64,000 nucleotides of DNA, taken from the IMG/VR virus record IMGVR_UViG_3300030433_002124, positions 24,887-88,886 of that record; one strand, 5' to 3'. This stretch comes from a virus (Duplodnaviria > Caudoviricetes). Every line of letters begins with the position of its first letter. Within the stretch, counting starts at the first letter, position 1. This document shows positions 34,801-42,189 of the stretch, piece after piece. The notes under the pieces are model-generated. The model worked only from the letters and a program-made list of their open reading frames with translations. It did no database searches and was not told the DNA's origin. The position numbers and the translations under genes are program-made.

Positions 34801-37800
34801 ATGACAATGCTGCAAGACAGATAATAAGAAATTCTTATAAAGACCCCGGATTATTAAAAACAGTAGATAAATCAAGTTTAGTACATAATGATTTAGTAAA
34901 AAATAAAGGTTATAATAAAAATTACTATTTTATCCACAAAGAAGCAGCAGGTGATATTTTAATGAAAGATAGCCCGGGAACAAAAGCTTATGTAGAGTAT
35001 TTTAAAACTTGGGAAAATAAATGGAGATTATATCAACTAACTGAAGCTACAGAAACTGGGGCTATATACCAAGAAATACAGCCTTTAGGAGAAAGATACA
35101 AATTTGTAGAGATGACTAGTAAAGATGCTTTAATTGAAAGTATACATCCTGTAAACAGAACAAAGCACAAGCAGTCTATAGATCAAACATTAACTAATTT
35201 ACCACCTAATACAACAGAAGCTACAGAAAGTATTGATGATATAATGGGTATGCCACAATTAGCAGCTGAAAAAGTATTAGAAACAAAAATACAAGATCTA
35301 GAAGGTAGACTATTAACATGGCTGAAAAAAGAATTTGGAATTGGCCATAGAAGTTATAATGTTTTAAAAACAAAAACAGGAAAAGATGCTTTAGGTATAG
35401 CAGATATTATGCATAAACTAATACATATCTCTAATAGAAGAGATCGTTATACAGTACCAGAAGAAACTGCACATTTCTTTATCGAAATGTTAAAAGATAA
35501 GACTATAGTTAAAAAATTAATGAGTTTAGCTAGTAAAACTAATCTACACGGTGAAGTATTAAGAGATTATGCAGATGTTTATAATACTCCCGAAGAGTTT
35601 CAAAAAGAAACGGCCGGTAAAATATTAGGAAAATACATTGTTTCTGAGTATTATCAAGGAAAAGGCTTTAGTATTGGCACAGAAACAGAGTTTGTTAAAG
35701 AATATAGAGGGTTTTTAGGCATATTAAAGAAGATTTGGGACAGAATTAGATCAATTTTTGTAGGAGAATCTGCAAGTAATGAGTTAAATAGACATATTAG
35801 AGATGTTTTTGGACAAAAAGCGAGACAAATATTAAATGGAAGCGCATTAGGATTAGATGTTAATCTATTAAGAGAGCATACAATACAAAAATACTATAGT
35901 ATTGGTAGTATTATGGAAGGTGCGGGTAAATTAGGAGAAGGTGCGCTTAATAAGATCGGTAAAACATTAAGTATATTAGATTTTAGTGATAGTCAATTAA
36001 AAGAATTAAAAGAAAAAGGTAAAGAATTATTACAAAGAAGAGCTACCTGGAAGCAGGCAGACTTTTTTACAGAGTTACTTGCAGATAGTAATAGAATAAC
36101 AGAGCCTACAGAAGAAAATCAATATTATACTAAAGATGGTATACAATTAACACGAGTTACATCTGTTCAAGATTATTTTACTGATGCATTTGCGGAAGAA
36201 GAAATGGCAAAAAAAGTAGCTAAATCAAACAGAGCAAAAGGAGATATATTTAATTCTGCAGAAAGAGTATTAAATTTATGGAAATTCTTACAAGAAGGTG
36301 GGACAGAAATCCATAAAGTAATGCAAGGAATTATAGAAGGTAAATCTAATAAGCAGGTTATGGAATCTGTTAATATAGATCCAAAAAGTAAAAAAGCTAT
36401 TCAAAGTTCTTTATCTATATTAAGATCTTGGGTACAAGATAAGCTTAATAAAGGTAGTATATTACATGCAGAAGTTAAAGTAGCAGACATGAACAATCTA
36501 ATGGCCGGTACAATAGATGTTATAGAAAGAACATCTGGGGGTCGAGTATTTCTACACGACTTTAAAACTAAGGTCCTTGGAAAGTTAATTGAAATAGAAA
36601 AAAGATTACCTAACTTTAAATATGCATTATCAGGAGTGCCTAATACTATACTGAATCAATATAGATTACAACTTTCGCTATACAAATATATGTTAGAGAG
36701 AAAAGGAATTAAGGTAGATGGTATTAAAGTACAACCATTAGAAGCAGGTGTTAATATAACCCCAGAAACAGGCGTTATTAATTATACATCATTAGCATTT
36801 CCAAGTGCTACATCACCTGTATTAAATAAATTAAATAATTTAAAACCTATTGATAATACTATTTTATCTAACGTTGTAAAGAAACTTAATCCAGAATCAA
36901 CAGGTGTCGCTGAAGAATTAAAAGAAAAAGATGCTGCAGTTAGAGTATTACAACAAGCTAAAGATGTTATTAAAAAGAAAATTGATAGGTATAAGAAATC
37001 AGGAAATCCTAATTACTTAGATGCTATGCAGGAACTTTCTAATCAATTAGAAGAAGTAAGTGAAAAAGAAGGTATTGTTTTATTTGTAAAAAGAGCACTA
37101 AAAGAAATAAACGATGCGCATAAAAGATTATTACAACTGCAGAAAGATGATGCAGTAACTGCAAGAAATTTAGCAGAGATAAGAAATTATGTATCAGCAT
37201 ATGAGATCTTAGATGAAATGACTTTATTAGCACCATCATTAGGAAAAACAGGCTATGAAAATCTTATTAAAACATATGTTGCACCGGCTGTACTAAAAAG
37301 ACAACAGGTAGAAGAATTGTATAAAGCTTTAGGAAGACCTATTATTGCAGACTTTTTAAGTAAGTATAGTACTAAGCCTGGGATGACTAAACAGAAGATG
37401 GAAGCAGAACTTATCAAAGCTAGTAGAGATATAGGTTATTTAGCTAGATGGTTAAATGCATTAGCAGATTCTAAGATGACTGAGCTTGCTATGATCGATA
37501 AGCATATAGGTATCCAAAGAAATATTGTACAAGAAGCTAAATATAATCTAGAATATGGCGCTGGTAAGGCTGAAGGTTTACTTGATATTGTAAAAGAATA
37601 TGAAGATCATAGATCTAGTGAGGGAGCAAGTGTTACTAATTATGTTCAATTATTTGAGCCTATATTAGAATTCCATAATGGTAAGCCAACAGGATATATA
37701 GTAGGCCCATTATCTTATGAGTTTAGAAAAAAGAAATATGATTTTATTCAGGCTAAAAAAGCAGCTGGAGAAGCTATTACATCTAGAATATGGAATGAAT

Positions 37801-39773
37801 TCTATGAAGATAATAAATTTGTTGAAGATCCTAAATATAAAGCATTGATGGCATTACCAGAGTCTAATCCAACAAGAAAATTTTATGATTTCTTTATAGA
37901 AAATTATAAATATGCGCAAAGTATATTACCTTCTTTTGCAAGAAGAGGTTTAATGTTACCCGGATTAAGAAAAACACCACAAGAAAAGTTTATGGAAACA
38001 GCTGGATTTGTTGGATTAAAAGGAGGATGGAACGCAGTAAAAGAAGCTGCATTACAAAAGTTTACTATACTTGAAGATGAAACTGAATACAAAGAAAAAG
38101 TAGATGAAAAAGGAGATGCTATGCATTATGTTCCTATACACTACAGTGAGAAAATAGGATTCGAAGAAGGTATGTTAAATCCTGAAGAAGTATCTTATGA
38201 TCTAAGTAGCGCATTATCTATGTATTATACTATGGCTGTTAATAATCAACAAATGAATGAGATAATAGCAGAATTAGAATTAACTAAAGAATTAATAAGA
38301 ACTAGAAAAGTTACTAAACTAAAAAGTGGTTTACCTGTTATTGATTCAGTTACTGATGCACAAGTTACTACAGAAGGAGTACAGTCTTTAGCTTATAATA
38401 GATTAGTTGATTATCTAAATATGGTTGTTTATGGAGAAAGAAAGAAAAGAGGAGGAGATGTAATGACTATAGCTGGAAAAAAAGTCCCTATGGATAAAAT
38501 AATGGATGGTTTCTTATCTTATAATAGTTTAAGAGTACTAGCATTAAACCCTCATGCGGGTTATGTAAACGTAGCATTTGGTAATTTAATGAATAGTATT
38601 GAAGCTTTTGCTGGTCAATATTTTGGTAAAAAGAATTTCATAAAAGCAAAAACAGCTTATTGGGGAGGTTTATCAGGAATATTAAAAGATACTGTTGGAA
38701 GAGTACCTACATCTAAGATCGGATTAATGAATGAATACTATAATGTATTACAACATTTTGATGAGTTTGGAAATAGAATAAAGCATAAGTCTTTAGCAAT
38801 GCGTGGTATGAATACCGGCTCATTCTTCTTTATGATGACTATGGGGGAACATATGTTACAGACACAGTTATTTATGGCAATGGCTTATAATAAAACATTT
38901 AAACTAGCAAATGGTAAAACAATTAATTTATGGGATGCTCATAAAGTAGTAGATGGTAAGTTAGAACTGAATCCAGAAGTTGCAGAACAGTTTAATCAAA
39001 CAGAAAGAGCTATATTTAAAGAAAAAGTACAGGGGGTTTATCAAAGATTGCATGGTATATATAATCAAAAAGATAGAAATGCTATACAGCAGTATGCTTC
39101 AGGTAGATGGGTTATGCAATTACGTAAATGGATGCCATCAGGATTCCAAAGAAGGTTTGAAGGAATAGAAAAACTATGGTACGACAAAAAATCTGAGTTT
39201 AAAGGACCAGAATGGAATGAAAGATTACAATCTTATGTAGAAGGTAACTATGTTACTATGATGAGATTTATGAATCAATTAAAGTGGGATATTGCTAAGT
39301 TAAAAATATATAGTATAAAAGAAAAATGGAATGAGTTAGATACTTGGCAAAAACAAAATGTAAAACGTACAACAGGAGAAATAGCAAGTTTCCTTGCATT
39401 ATTGGCATTATCAGGGTTAATAAGATCTGACGATGATAAAGATAAAGGTTATGTATATTACCAGTCTTTATATACAGTGCACAGAGTTAAACAAGAATTA
39501 TTATTCTTCTCATGGATACCTGAAACATTTAACGTTCTTAAAGCTCCTGCAGCTAGTATAACATCCATTGAAGTAATATTAGATTTAGTTGCTCAAATAT
39601 TAGAAGACACAGGATCTATAATGATGGGACAAGATATAGAAAGATATAAAAGAAAAACAGGAAGATGGGATAAAGGAGATCCTAAAATATGGTCTAAACT
39701 ATATAAAACATTCCCATTAAGACAATTATCACAAAAAGCTAAAGATAAGTTAAGCTGGTTCCACTTGAATTAA
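22854..39773 (+). CDS. Giant virion-associated multisubunit-type RNA polymerase polyprotein (crAss-like)
   Basis: 5639 aa single ORF. Catalytic DFDID at 33060-33074 is preceded by YRIPTQGKNSM. It also contains degenerate zincin-like motifs and a PD-(D/E)xK segment (AGTIDVIE...HDFKT). Confidence 0.9.
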   Translation: MSQNNSLQNLLNSSTPEPVELNPITNLPIKRGNPQRIPGASSVKDLIDGTYLDPARDESYFSNPVNPDDPYDLKRVDWPVYDRSQINKIRNSNQTHGGRFLAWLNQSIAEIGGGTLYGIGALYDLVAGNVENDYQNALTEIGQDWMDWAKDVTPIFRRNPGKGWDPNDWAWWASNAVSLVSTLSLFIPAAGTVRGVSMAGRGVGMLGKTMRAAGRTSKLGKKSLKFQLGTALAKVPRLGGKRVQALGGMTLGGLSMRYMENYREAGDTFVQSYDKNLEFFQDQAAFDRFLESKEGQKFLEDNPGITLDDPLLKEKAAQWIAGHAAHKSFNMNWHNAAFDILQYGLVFGHLGRLGKGTRASFLAGHSNKVRQAQNALLKNPKIPKTRLGRIWQNYGKKPTKWGAWAYSEGIEEQINWISMQEGIRYGDIMAGNMGPSNPDWLGAGFGRPDFSLLPSMFLGPENRKHAYSQQGEYWSSTLFGAMGGGGFTMLGGLANRKTNIARQKRQIEEIGKRQEFIINALNKRNEAKQKGDVETVKEQNRLLAINLGLNASQAGNVDLLLEQINDENFDQLLLDNGITQEELNTTKKDIINVINNTEKRYRKYSDTIFGTEYGAGAARAVVELEMAMDMYSELMEDIDNRIEESQESTKVAEEKSKIGTNTKRRRQIQTNIISLNQTIEKVKTIIENLENDNATPNLSKEEKQQNDSTIAGFKQALNNFEVELKDLTKEGADLEKNSKETYTEDQFNAEQEYLNQTNRNDVIQLANKKQIYKANRLAAWKQMNEILSGNYEFTVKQKSDKVEDALLSEKEQKKRLKLDEQDRADIERRWNSITKKNARDTENDAIIQDFLDLTSDPNTNQDQIDIFVDEYRDNSEVQTRLKPLIRNWKTRKKQLELQSSIDQLKKLSSEVNEAVKEGKEIENIDKVINEVMLLLNNIWGKKGFRRDSSGKDLSKKQFEQKRKDYKWAEHLTGFLARYKHGIPESLNWEWDKLFDNFVPNVQVMWNNRIGVIYAESGALFFEDEKQNKVQVTENNDILYNLNMIVLKNSTTIPLTVHEDGRTFRINGDYYSNLHEDPTDAIKYNKEDIPISVTLTRWIGNDITITTPGIVMDIARVIETLEAVKIAKFAEFNNQENSLDLGDTIHYAIWKKTSNGYKLVVMNEETGKAVRGKKAKELKHIANEMLSYKIETEINKIKQKFNESITTHNVTPSPITKETLSGTPGQAARISEEVEESNPQKQEEKISAEVQSASPIVNVDRTEVSQKEKDEILNKINNDALEKDKANAEQVIENEKKNQTENLEQEVGTSIDSLINENKSDAEKTVNLVESSVNQQESTPPKKQRPKKAITNPTATNKNKVELDRSYPQAWTPQFVGVNLSTKENPLWVQALDRNGNSMPVFVRSNGAPYRIIPESFLTPTQLDQIDKKSPGPGTINTVFYNEPRVNQNNKVIREGNRIIVNKEKLVRYTVLNPKTKKRENAVMIIYPGSINQSDIIDFDVANSPETGVGTDVILRVEPNWQYHRSKNPNDVIITVRLAGRTDTIISTMRGGSAQFKQNLLLRKNVAEALKGNRSMDIKAKIAGKTDGFVTNIKKKGKSVKQSIDVLQGPIVIGYGMEGTVRIPNSDVSVSNSEFVENGTIYLATKSASGRMIPIRLETSNLNNIAANKVVDIILDNKLTEEERRQEVNKIIQVYGKLEEDTQLAMDNYRIKFPYAGKMIGLQIHAEGSDQISNFEKFITGKPFKYILYDSQGLIQSVGEIQKSDGKTAQRILRDSSDFSQQLLVNNRNVFVEYLKTKKYNVQGHELNINEPYRSPINGYEYDNYIQYLSDPDFSILTTDIPGGNASKFHHSIIYTEVVDDTTSIPFEKADLTKAEIKELTTPSLDEQVVEAIEDEATMSIDDLIENNKKKPKTKNDIDNLDDINLPDIKLREVNVVNPPSYNMLTQEEVDWFKEKFGEQGLNVLERVKWIRVSKGRNAWGFYRNGLVTLAREGKEGTAYWEAFRRVFDIHLSEEEKADILLEADNKYGYDMLMAQEEAGVDISKATYSNEQLETALARDFMDFMMNEKDPSFKGKIKRFFKELLYTIKNFLGLNNSIERLFRNIRDTNYNNYTLEELNKLSKVENEQLRQMYNKNGQPMPQEFVEEVVGNINHDLYTALQNKAKQDNVSFESYLKDQKQLDAFYDALRAQYRAIGKKILDTPGISDRVRSIGENYLRITEDSLWGIRTDALHNLTSPGFKKLAIQNLQPLFGVKYTTYRGKELTDDLDANEVNDIVEDAQPQAQEKIHGINYYYRPVKDTLSKDVKIGLSFIESKEKGKILGKHRFVPFDDVYNYLALNLSNATEGRVIEKLKTLKHELVPQVLEKYTQAGPAWQNKFVTHFNKQNIAFKTLVIDNSGSVKVMYTNRNGLERQIINDWMGNKASSPIFTEVNGENDKINVEKAKEFKAILENDLVKIYNKYRNTSKISEQTAGKKEYMVPMMKVLKSLGITLPQNMKNDLFKDETVSVKDLHAYMFGPNSFQYVFKNLALGRSPYMANNMEMGALGKLAKFVAQYKVDSYLASFIGGNRKSIYSINLNTFDSERTLALRSDETFKETIAKYFSDVFYKPNSKTSHVLLDMLLKHPTVRNNFQLSTFDVIKDRGNFGRATAYDRMTENLSAITRFAMFNNSGNVFGEFSTGTKSDKGQFKFLTLPKIHPKNKAFGMWKSTKLGTEGFIETAIELLRPLALGEYARISKVERQLFDVNMDPKHLIKNFHYRNEPGDMDANGLKFMLFRTLNESEIFNEDTNRLEAIADTNESDIEVYNKLAGVIDAHIKAYIRKQISKTIDAFVEAKAIVKVGKELHNINLPLNAIANKRIGKDVTPAIIEFAINDIVMKPYINTIFGPELAFYKTDKTGNPMVDAGKRQYQSVTPKMNLTYNEEHDYGAKPKFTHAVVRDIIKRSPETVERFQKILEKSGVESTEAKKIASAYTEVLKTDAQGYTTLEFHKRQMESQGKWSKEHQNAYEMYWRKGLMGGKAEQELLLDPLKTYFFGEVLENDGHNNETLVFKQIKHSTVPLLKSYTQAFAEEGITTLDDLRQRMEATGKYKGMQHIDMINFESGVKVGISGLSNVQDLSNVNVEVLESKYLGSPQIITTRPKDPLFGSQFAKLLPSNINNEDSYSLPNGDRLLGSELKTLYNDLWYEKIERSSNKLSKKLGYRAFMDVLTTMNENPTAVSPEQFAAAQLKFLKKVKNEVYQMLQERELPDNYFLALDIEELIDDVDRYGYVTPMAFPTFSKRFENILLSLFKNNILKQKAKGMSAVQVADFGYSLNNELKIEANSNGGIYAEVALPYDLVHKLGLEVGSDLSAVDPSLLELIGYRIPTQGKNSMLMLKVARILPKNMGAVIQLPAEITTIMGSDFDIDKMYIMFPELTKEKRRESAFKIGQYRTKKTFEGLSDQAVNQALFDISASILSSKHSVKEILTPLDSDTYANAIKDYQEARITEDISDFDVFTPAADMYLEKINKDASMLIGLFSMHSTSHALAQDMDIKLNNVAVYFNSNKGQEHTSLSNIYDFDGNYISDHIKDDQNESIDNAKNQRIGPAGVTVYNHGVKMLLNRVGVPGRASLDFINQPIIKQYQKERATNTSNVSDQKLAEKVAEEWQVKQEFLEAKKLFGEDRFFTPSAASLKKSLKHTKGGQREHKVQQAQLLADFFNYIDIARDISKLNMLLNPEGLKNFSRLSFLENFKNAQAHLESSMSFIDIGKMPKRTEAFIKFGIDEAIDTTSYFIPFNKEGFLELKRKIAKYTGQRDGVLSQESIETINSLALYYVFTQPHSPLADLFYTDGKSDMSLVKERLFTLSGSTVSRFLNLRANKNMHNDKFFGMLYAHTENTGKNKFIKLLAFNNTSKLDAAKKSAITDRWEQLLDPNVTKDVEVRRMAEALVLYSIITSGFISTGPNTFVDLIPNSYWSNKSENRDSLSNFFRKEVRTMDYSNYFDDNAARQIIRNSYKDPGLLKTVDKSSLVHNDLVKNKGYNKNYYFIHKEAAGDILMKDSPGTKAYVEYFKTWENKWRLYQLTEATETGAIYQEIQPLGERYKFVEMTSKDALIESIHPVNRTKHKQSIDQTLTNLPPNTTEATESIDDIMGMPQLAAEKVLETKIQDLEGRLLTWLKKEFGIGHRSYNVLKTKTGKDALGIADIMHKLIHISNRRDRYTVPEETAHFFIEMLKDKTIVKKLMSLASKTNLHGEVLRDYADVYNTPEEFQKETAGKILGKYIVSEYYQGKGFSIGTETEFVKEYRGFLGILKKIWDRIRSIFVGESASNELNRHIRDVFGQKARQILNGSALGLDVNLLREHTIQKYYSIGSIMEGAGKLGEGALNKIGKTLSILDFSDSQLKELKEKGKELLQRRATWKQADFFTELLADSNRITEPTEENQYYTKDGIQLTRVTSVQDYFTDAFAEEEMAKKVAKSNRAKGDIFNSAERVLNLWKFLQEGGTEIHKVMQGIIEGKSNKQVMESVNIDPKSKKAIQSSLSILRSWVQDKLNKGSILHAEVKVADMNNLMAGTIDVIERTSGGRVFLHDFKTKVLGKLIEIEKRLPNFKYALSGVPNTILNQYRLQLSLYKYMLERKGIKVDGIKVQPLEAGVNITPETGVINYTSLAFPSATSPVLNKLNNLKPIDNTILSNVVKKLNPESTGVAEELKEKDAAVRVLQQAKDVIKKKIDRYKKSGNPNYLDAMQELSNQLEEVSEKEGIVLFVKRALKEINDAHKRLLQLQKDDAVTARNLAEIRNYVSAYEILDEMTLLAPSLGKTGYENLIKTYVAPAVLKRQQVEELYKALGRPIIADFLSKYSTKPGMTKQKMEAELIKASRDIGYLARWLNALADSKMTELAMIDKHIGIQRNIVQEAKYNLEYGAGKAEGLLDIVKEYEDHRSSEGASVTNYVQLFEPILEFHNGKPTGYIVGPLSYEFRKKKYDFIQAKKAAGEAITSRIWNEFYEDNKFVEDPKYKALMALPESNPTRKFYDFFIENYKYAQSILPSFARRGLMLPGLRKTPQEKFMETAGFVGLKGGWNAVKEAALQKFTILEDETEYKEKVDEKGDAMHYVPIHYSEKIGFEEGMLNPEEVSYDLSSALSMYYTMAVNNQQMNEIIAELELTKELIRTRKVTKLKSGLPVIDSVTDAQVTTEGVQSLAYNRLVDYLNMVVYGERKKRGGDVMTIAGKKVPMDKIMDGFLSYNSLRVLALNPHAGYVNVAFGNLMNSIEAFAGQYFGKKNFIKAKTAYWGGLSGILKDTVGRVPTSKIGLMNEYYNVLQHFDEFGNRIKHKSLAMRGMNTGSFFFMMTMGEHMLQTQLFMAMAYNKTFKLANGKTINLWDAHKVVDGKLELNPEVAEQFNQTERAIFKEKVQGVYQRLHGIYNQKDRNAIQQYASGRWVMQLRKWMPSGFQRRFEGIEKLWYDKKSEFKGPEWNERLQSYVEGNYVTMMRFMNQLKWDIAKLKIYSIKEKWNELDTWQKQNVKRTTGEIASFLALLALSGLIRSDDDKDKGYVYYQSLYTVHRVKQELLFFSWIPETFNVLKAPAASITSIEVILDLVAQILEDTGSIMMGQDIERYKRKTGRWDKGDPKIWSKLYKTFPLRQLSQKAKDKLSWFHLN

Positions 39774-40102
39774 TGAGAGAGTTTGATGAGTTATATGAAG
39801 AAGAGTTTTCTGAAGAAGAAAAAGAATCTATCAGAAGATCTTCTATGATTAATACATATAGATTGCTTGTAAGTAATTATGATTTTAGTATATTCCCTGA
39901 TAATTTATTTTGGTTATTATCTGATTACAATGAAGAGCATGTATTTGATGTTTTATTAGAATATTTTGAGTCTACTGAAGAATATGAGCTGTGTGCGGAT
40001 ATTAAAAGAATGAAAGATAATTTTATAAAAATAAAAAACAGCCGTGCAGCTAAAAAAAACACAATGATTCGATACATCATGGGGCCTAACGATGAAAAGT
40101 AG
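39773..40102 (+). CDS. Small acidic protein with UVR-like motif
   Basis: 109 aa with LEYFESTEEYELCADIK; coupled to the RNAP stop (TAATG). Confidence 0.6.
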   Translation: MREFDELYEEEFSEEEKESIRRSSMINTYRLLVSNYDFSIFPDNLFWLLSDYNEEHVFDVLLEYFESTEEYELCADIKRMKDNFIKIKNSRAAKKNTMIRYIMGPNDEK

Positions 40103-40105
40103 ACA

Positions 40106-40690
40106 CTACATTCCTATAATGTCTACTATATTCATCAATTTCTTAAATTTATTCCTATCAAAGTATTCATCGTTCTTATTAAGTATAGGCCAAACTTCAT
40201 CGTCACTCGATAATTTTACATTGAGTCTATTCTCCCAGTAAATTTTTAAAGAGTTATCCTTATCCAGGATCAAGGGCATTGGGCTATCTTTAGTACGATG
40301 TCTCATAATACGAATTTTAGCGGGATCGGAAAATTGTGAGTATTTACCTTCAATAAACCTTTTATAATCAACAAGAAAAGAAGGAGATATAGTAAATACA
40401 AACATTATATACTTACCTTGATATAATTCATAGGAAGTTTTAAAATATTTATCATTTTCTAACATCTTTTCTAATCTCATGAAATGTCTATTTCCATAAA
40501 ACCTCATTAACACAAAAACATCAGGAGATTCTAAATCCCAATCTAGCATAGCAATATCACCAAGATATGCATTTACTAAATAGGGATTTAAATCTACCTT
40601 ATCATAACCCGTTAATGGGAATAGAAAATCTAAGGTTTTTGTAGGTTTAACTTTATCAGCAATTCTCCTTAATTCTTGAGATATTCTCAT
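40106..40690 (-). CDS. Conserved-looking crAss-like hypothetical protein
   Basis: 194 aa, last gene of the replication operon, overlapping the upstream exonuclease gene. Confidence 0.7.
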   Translation of the reverse strand: MRISQELRRIADKVKPTKTLDFLFPLTGYDKVDLNPYLVNAYLGDIAMLDWDLESPDVFVLMRFYGNRHFMRLEKMLENDKYFKTSYELYQGKYIMFVFTISPSFLVDYKRFIEGKYSQFSDPAKIRIMRHRTKDSPMPLILDKDNSLKIYWENRLNVKLSSDDEVWPILNKNDEYFDRNKFKKLMNIVDIIGM

Positions 40691-41657
40691 CTGATAATTT
40701 TAAGTTAACAATTCCATTATTTTTGTAATACTCCATTGGGAAATCCCAAAGGTTATTAGATACATGCCATTTATATCTTCCGATTAATTCATTAAATTCA
40801 TCTGTACCAACAGATAAATCTGTTAAATCTGGCTTGTAAACAACACATTCATGTAACCCGGTAGTTTGCACTACCACAATATAACAATTAATATCGTAGT
40901 CTTGAATACTTATTCCAAGAGTTTTCAAATAGCTAATTACTGCTAGTCTATAAATAGCCATTTGTCTATAATAATTATAAGAAAAATAACTTCTCTCAAA
41001 ATTATAAACAGACTTAGAAGTAGTCTTCAAGTCTACAATATTAACTGTTTTTGCAGTTACATCAAGTATTAAATTATCAATAATGGATTTTACATTAACA
41101 TCTTTATAAATCCAAGAAATTTCAAACTCAGGTTTTCCATCTTTGTCCTCATCAGGAAACAATAGCGGATTTGTCATCTGGTGTTCGATAAGATTATTAT
41201 AACAACTTTTTATAATATCCATATCGTCTTGAGATAACACAATTTTACCCGAATTTTCTTTTAGAAATTTGTAATAAGCTTGATTCTCGTCAGAATTAAA
41301 CTTTTTTAACACGGTTTCTAAGGCCGTTTTAAAGCCGGCTTTATCATAACACAATTCATGCAGTGTTTGATAACCGTCTATTTTTAATTGGTGTGGCATA
41401 TTTTCATTAATCATAATAGCTTCTGCTTCTACATATGATTCAATAAATACACCCATCATTCCTCCTACAGGACTAGAATGAGATACCACATATCTATCAT
41501 TAAATTCTTTATGTTCTAAAACATAACAATGAATTGCAGATCCTAAATCAAAAGCTTTACTATCTTTATGCAATTCTCTAGCCTTATATTTCTCAAAATA
41601 TCTAGGGCTAACACTTAACGCACTCAATGAGGAGTGACTAACATGATCATCATTCAT
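40656..41657 (-). CDS. PD-(D/E)xK exonuclease (RecE/ExoVIII, DUF3799-like)
   Basis: Motifs SHSSLS, FDLGSAIHCYVLE, EFEISW, KSIIDNL...IVDLKTT and YYRQMAIY. Confidence 0.8.
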   Translation of the reverse strand: MNDDHVSHSSLSALSVSPRYFEKYKARELHKDSKAFDLGSAIHCYVLEHKEFNDRYVVSHSSPVGGMMGVFIESYVEAEAIMINENMPHQLKIDGYQTLHELCYDKAGFKTALETVLKKFNSDENQAYYKFLKENSGKIVLSQDDMDIIKSCYNNLIEHQMTNPLLFPDEDKDGKPEFEISWIYKDVNVKSIIDNLILDVTAKTVNIVDLKTTSKSVYNFERSYFSYNYYRQMAIYRLAVISYLKTLGISIQDYDINCYIVVVQTTGLHECVVYKPDLTDLSVGTDEFNELIGRYKWHVSNNLWDFPMEYYKNNGIVNLKLSDENISRIKENC

Positions 41658-42135
41658 CTTTATTATATTTACTTAATTCAAAAATTAATTTTCTATCTTC
41701 GAAATTTTCTACAGGAATAAATTCTATTTCTCCCGAGTTTGGTATTAAAGTTATATTATCATCTTCAATCATACCCATTTCAACAAGAGTATCTTGAAAA
41801 CATTTAATCCATATCCATAAGTTATCTACATCCCATTTAGGAACATAACCTTGTTTAGGAGCTCTCCATCTTAATTCTCCTCTATACATTCTTACATCAC
41901 CGTGGTTAACTGTAGTGTAAACATATAATTTAACCTTCATAGGTAATAAATCTTTTAATTCTAACACAGGTGGAATGTATTGAGATATATAAGTATGCAT
42001 TCTTCGAACTACTAAAGCTCTTAAATGATAATTCATACCCGTAAATAATTTTTGACCGTTTATCTTTATATATTTATTTTTTGTTTTAGCAATATGTGTG
42101 ATAAACTTGGGGATAGTTATTAATACTTTATCCAT
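41650..42135 (-). CDS. rusA: RusA-like Holliday junction resolvase
   Basis: WDVDNL...FQDTLVEMGMIEDDN matches the RusA DxDN...DxL....DD pattern. Confidence 0.7.
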   Translation of the reverse strand: MDKVLITIPKFITHIAKTKNKYIKINGQKLFTGMNYHLRALVVRRMHTYISQYIPPVLELKDLLPMKVKLYVYTTVNHGDVRMYRGELRWRAPKQGYVPKWDVDNLWIWIKCFQDTLVEMGMIEDDNITLIPNSGEIEFIPVENFEDRKLIFELSKYNKDE

Positions 42136-42145
42136 AACATTATTT

Positions 42146-42182
42146 TTTAGGGAAATAGGGAGCCCGTTAAGACCCCCTCCCT
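42146..42182 (-). terminator. Intrinsic terminator after rIIB
   Basis: AGGGAG/CTCCCT stem (42157-42182) followed on the - strand by ATTTCCC, between 42190 and the next gene. The U tract is weak. Confidence 0.45.
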
Positions 42183-42189
42183 GATTAAC

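Noticed and set aside
1797-38092. Short antisense ORFs in the track within the + strand module (e.g. 1797..2087, 9277..9495, 16905..17381, 27512..27745, 29993..30286)
   Set aside because: They are fully nested opposite long genes and have shadow-like composition.
40100-40110. Bidirectional terminator at the convergence of the two modules
   Set aside because: Only 3 nt separate the stop codons and no hairpin is visible.
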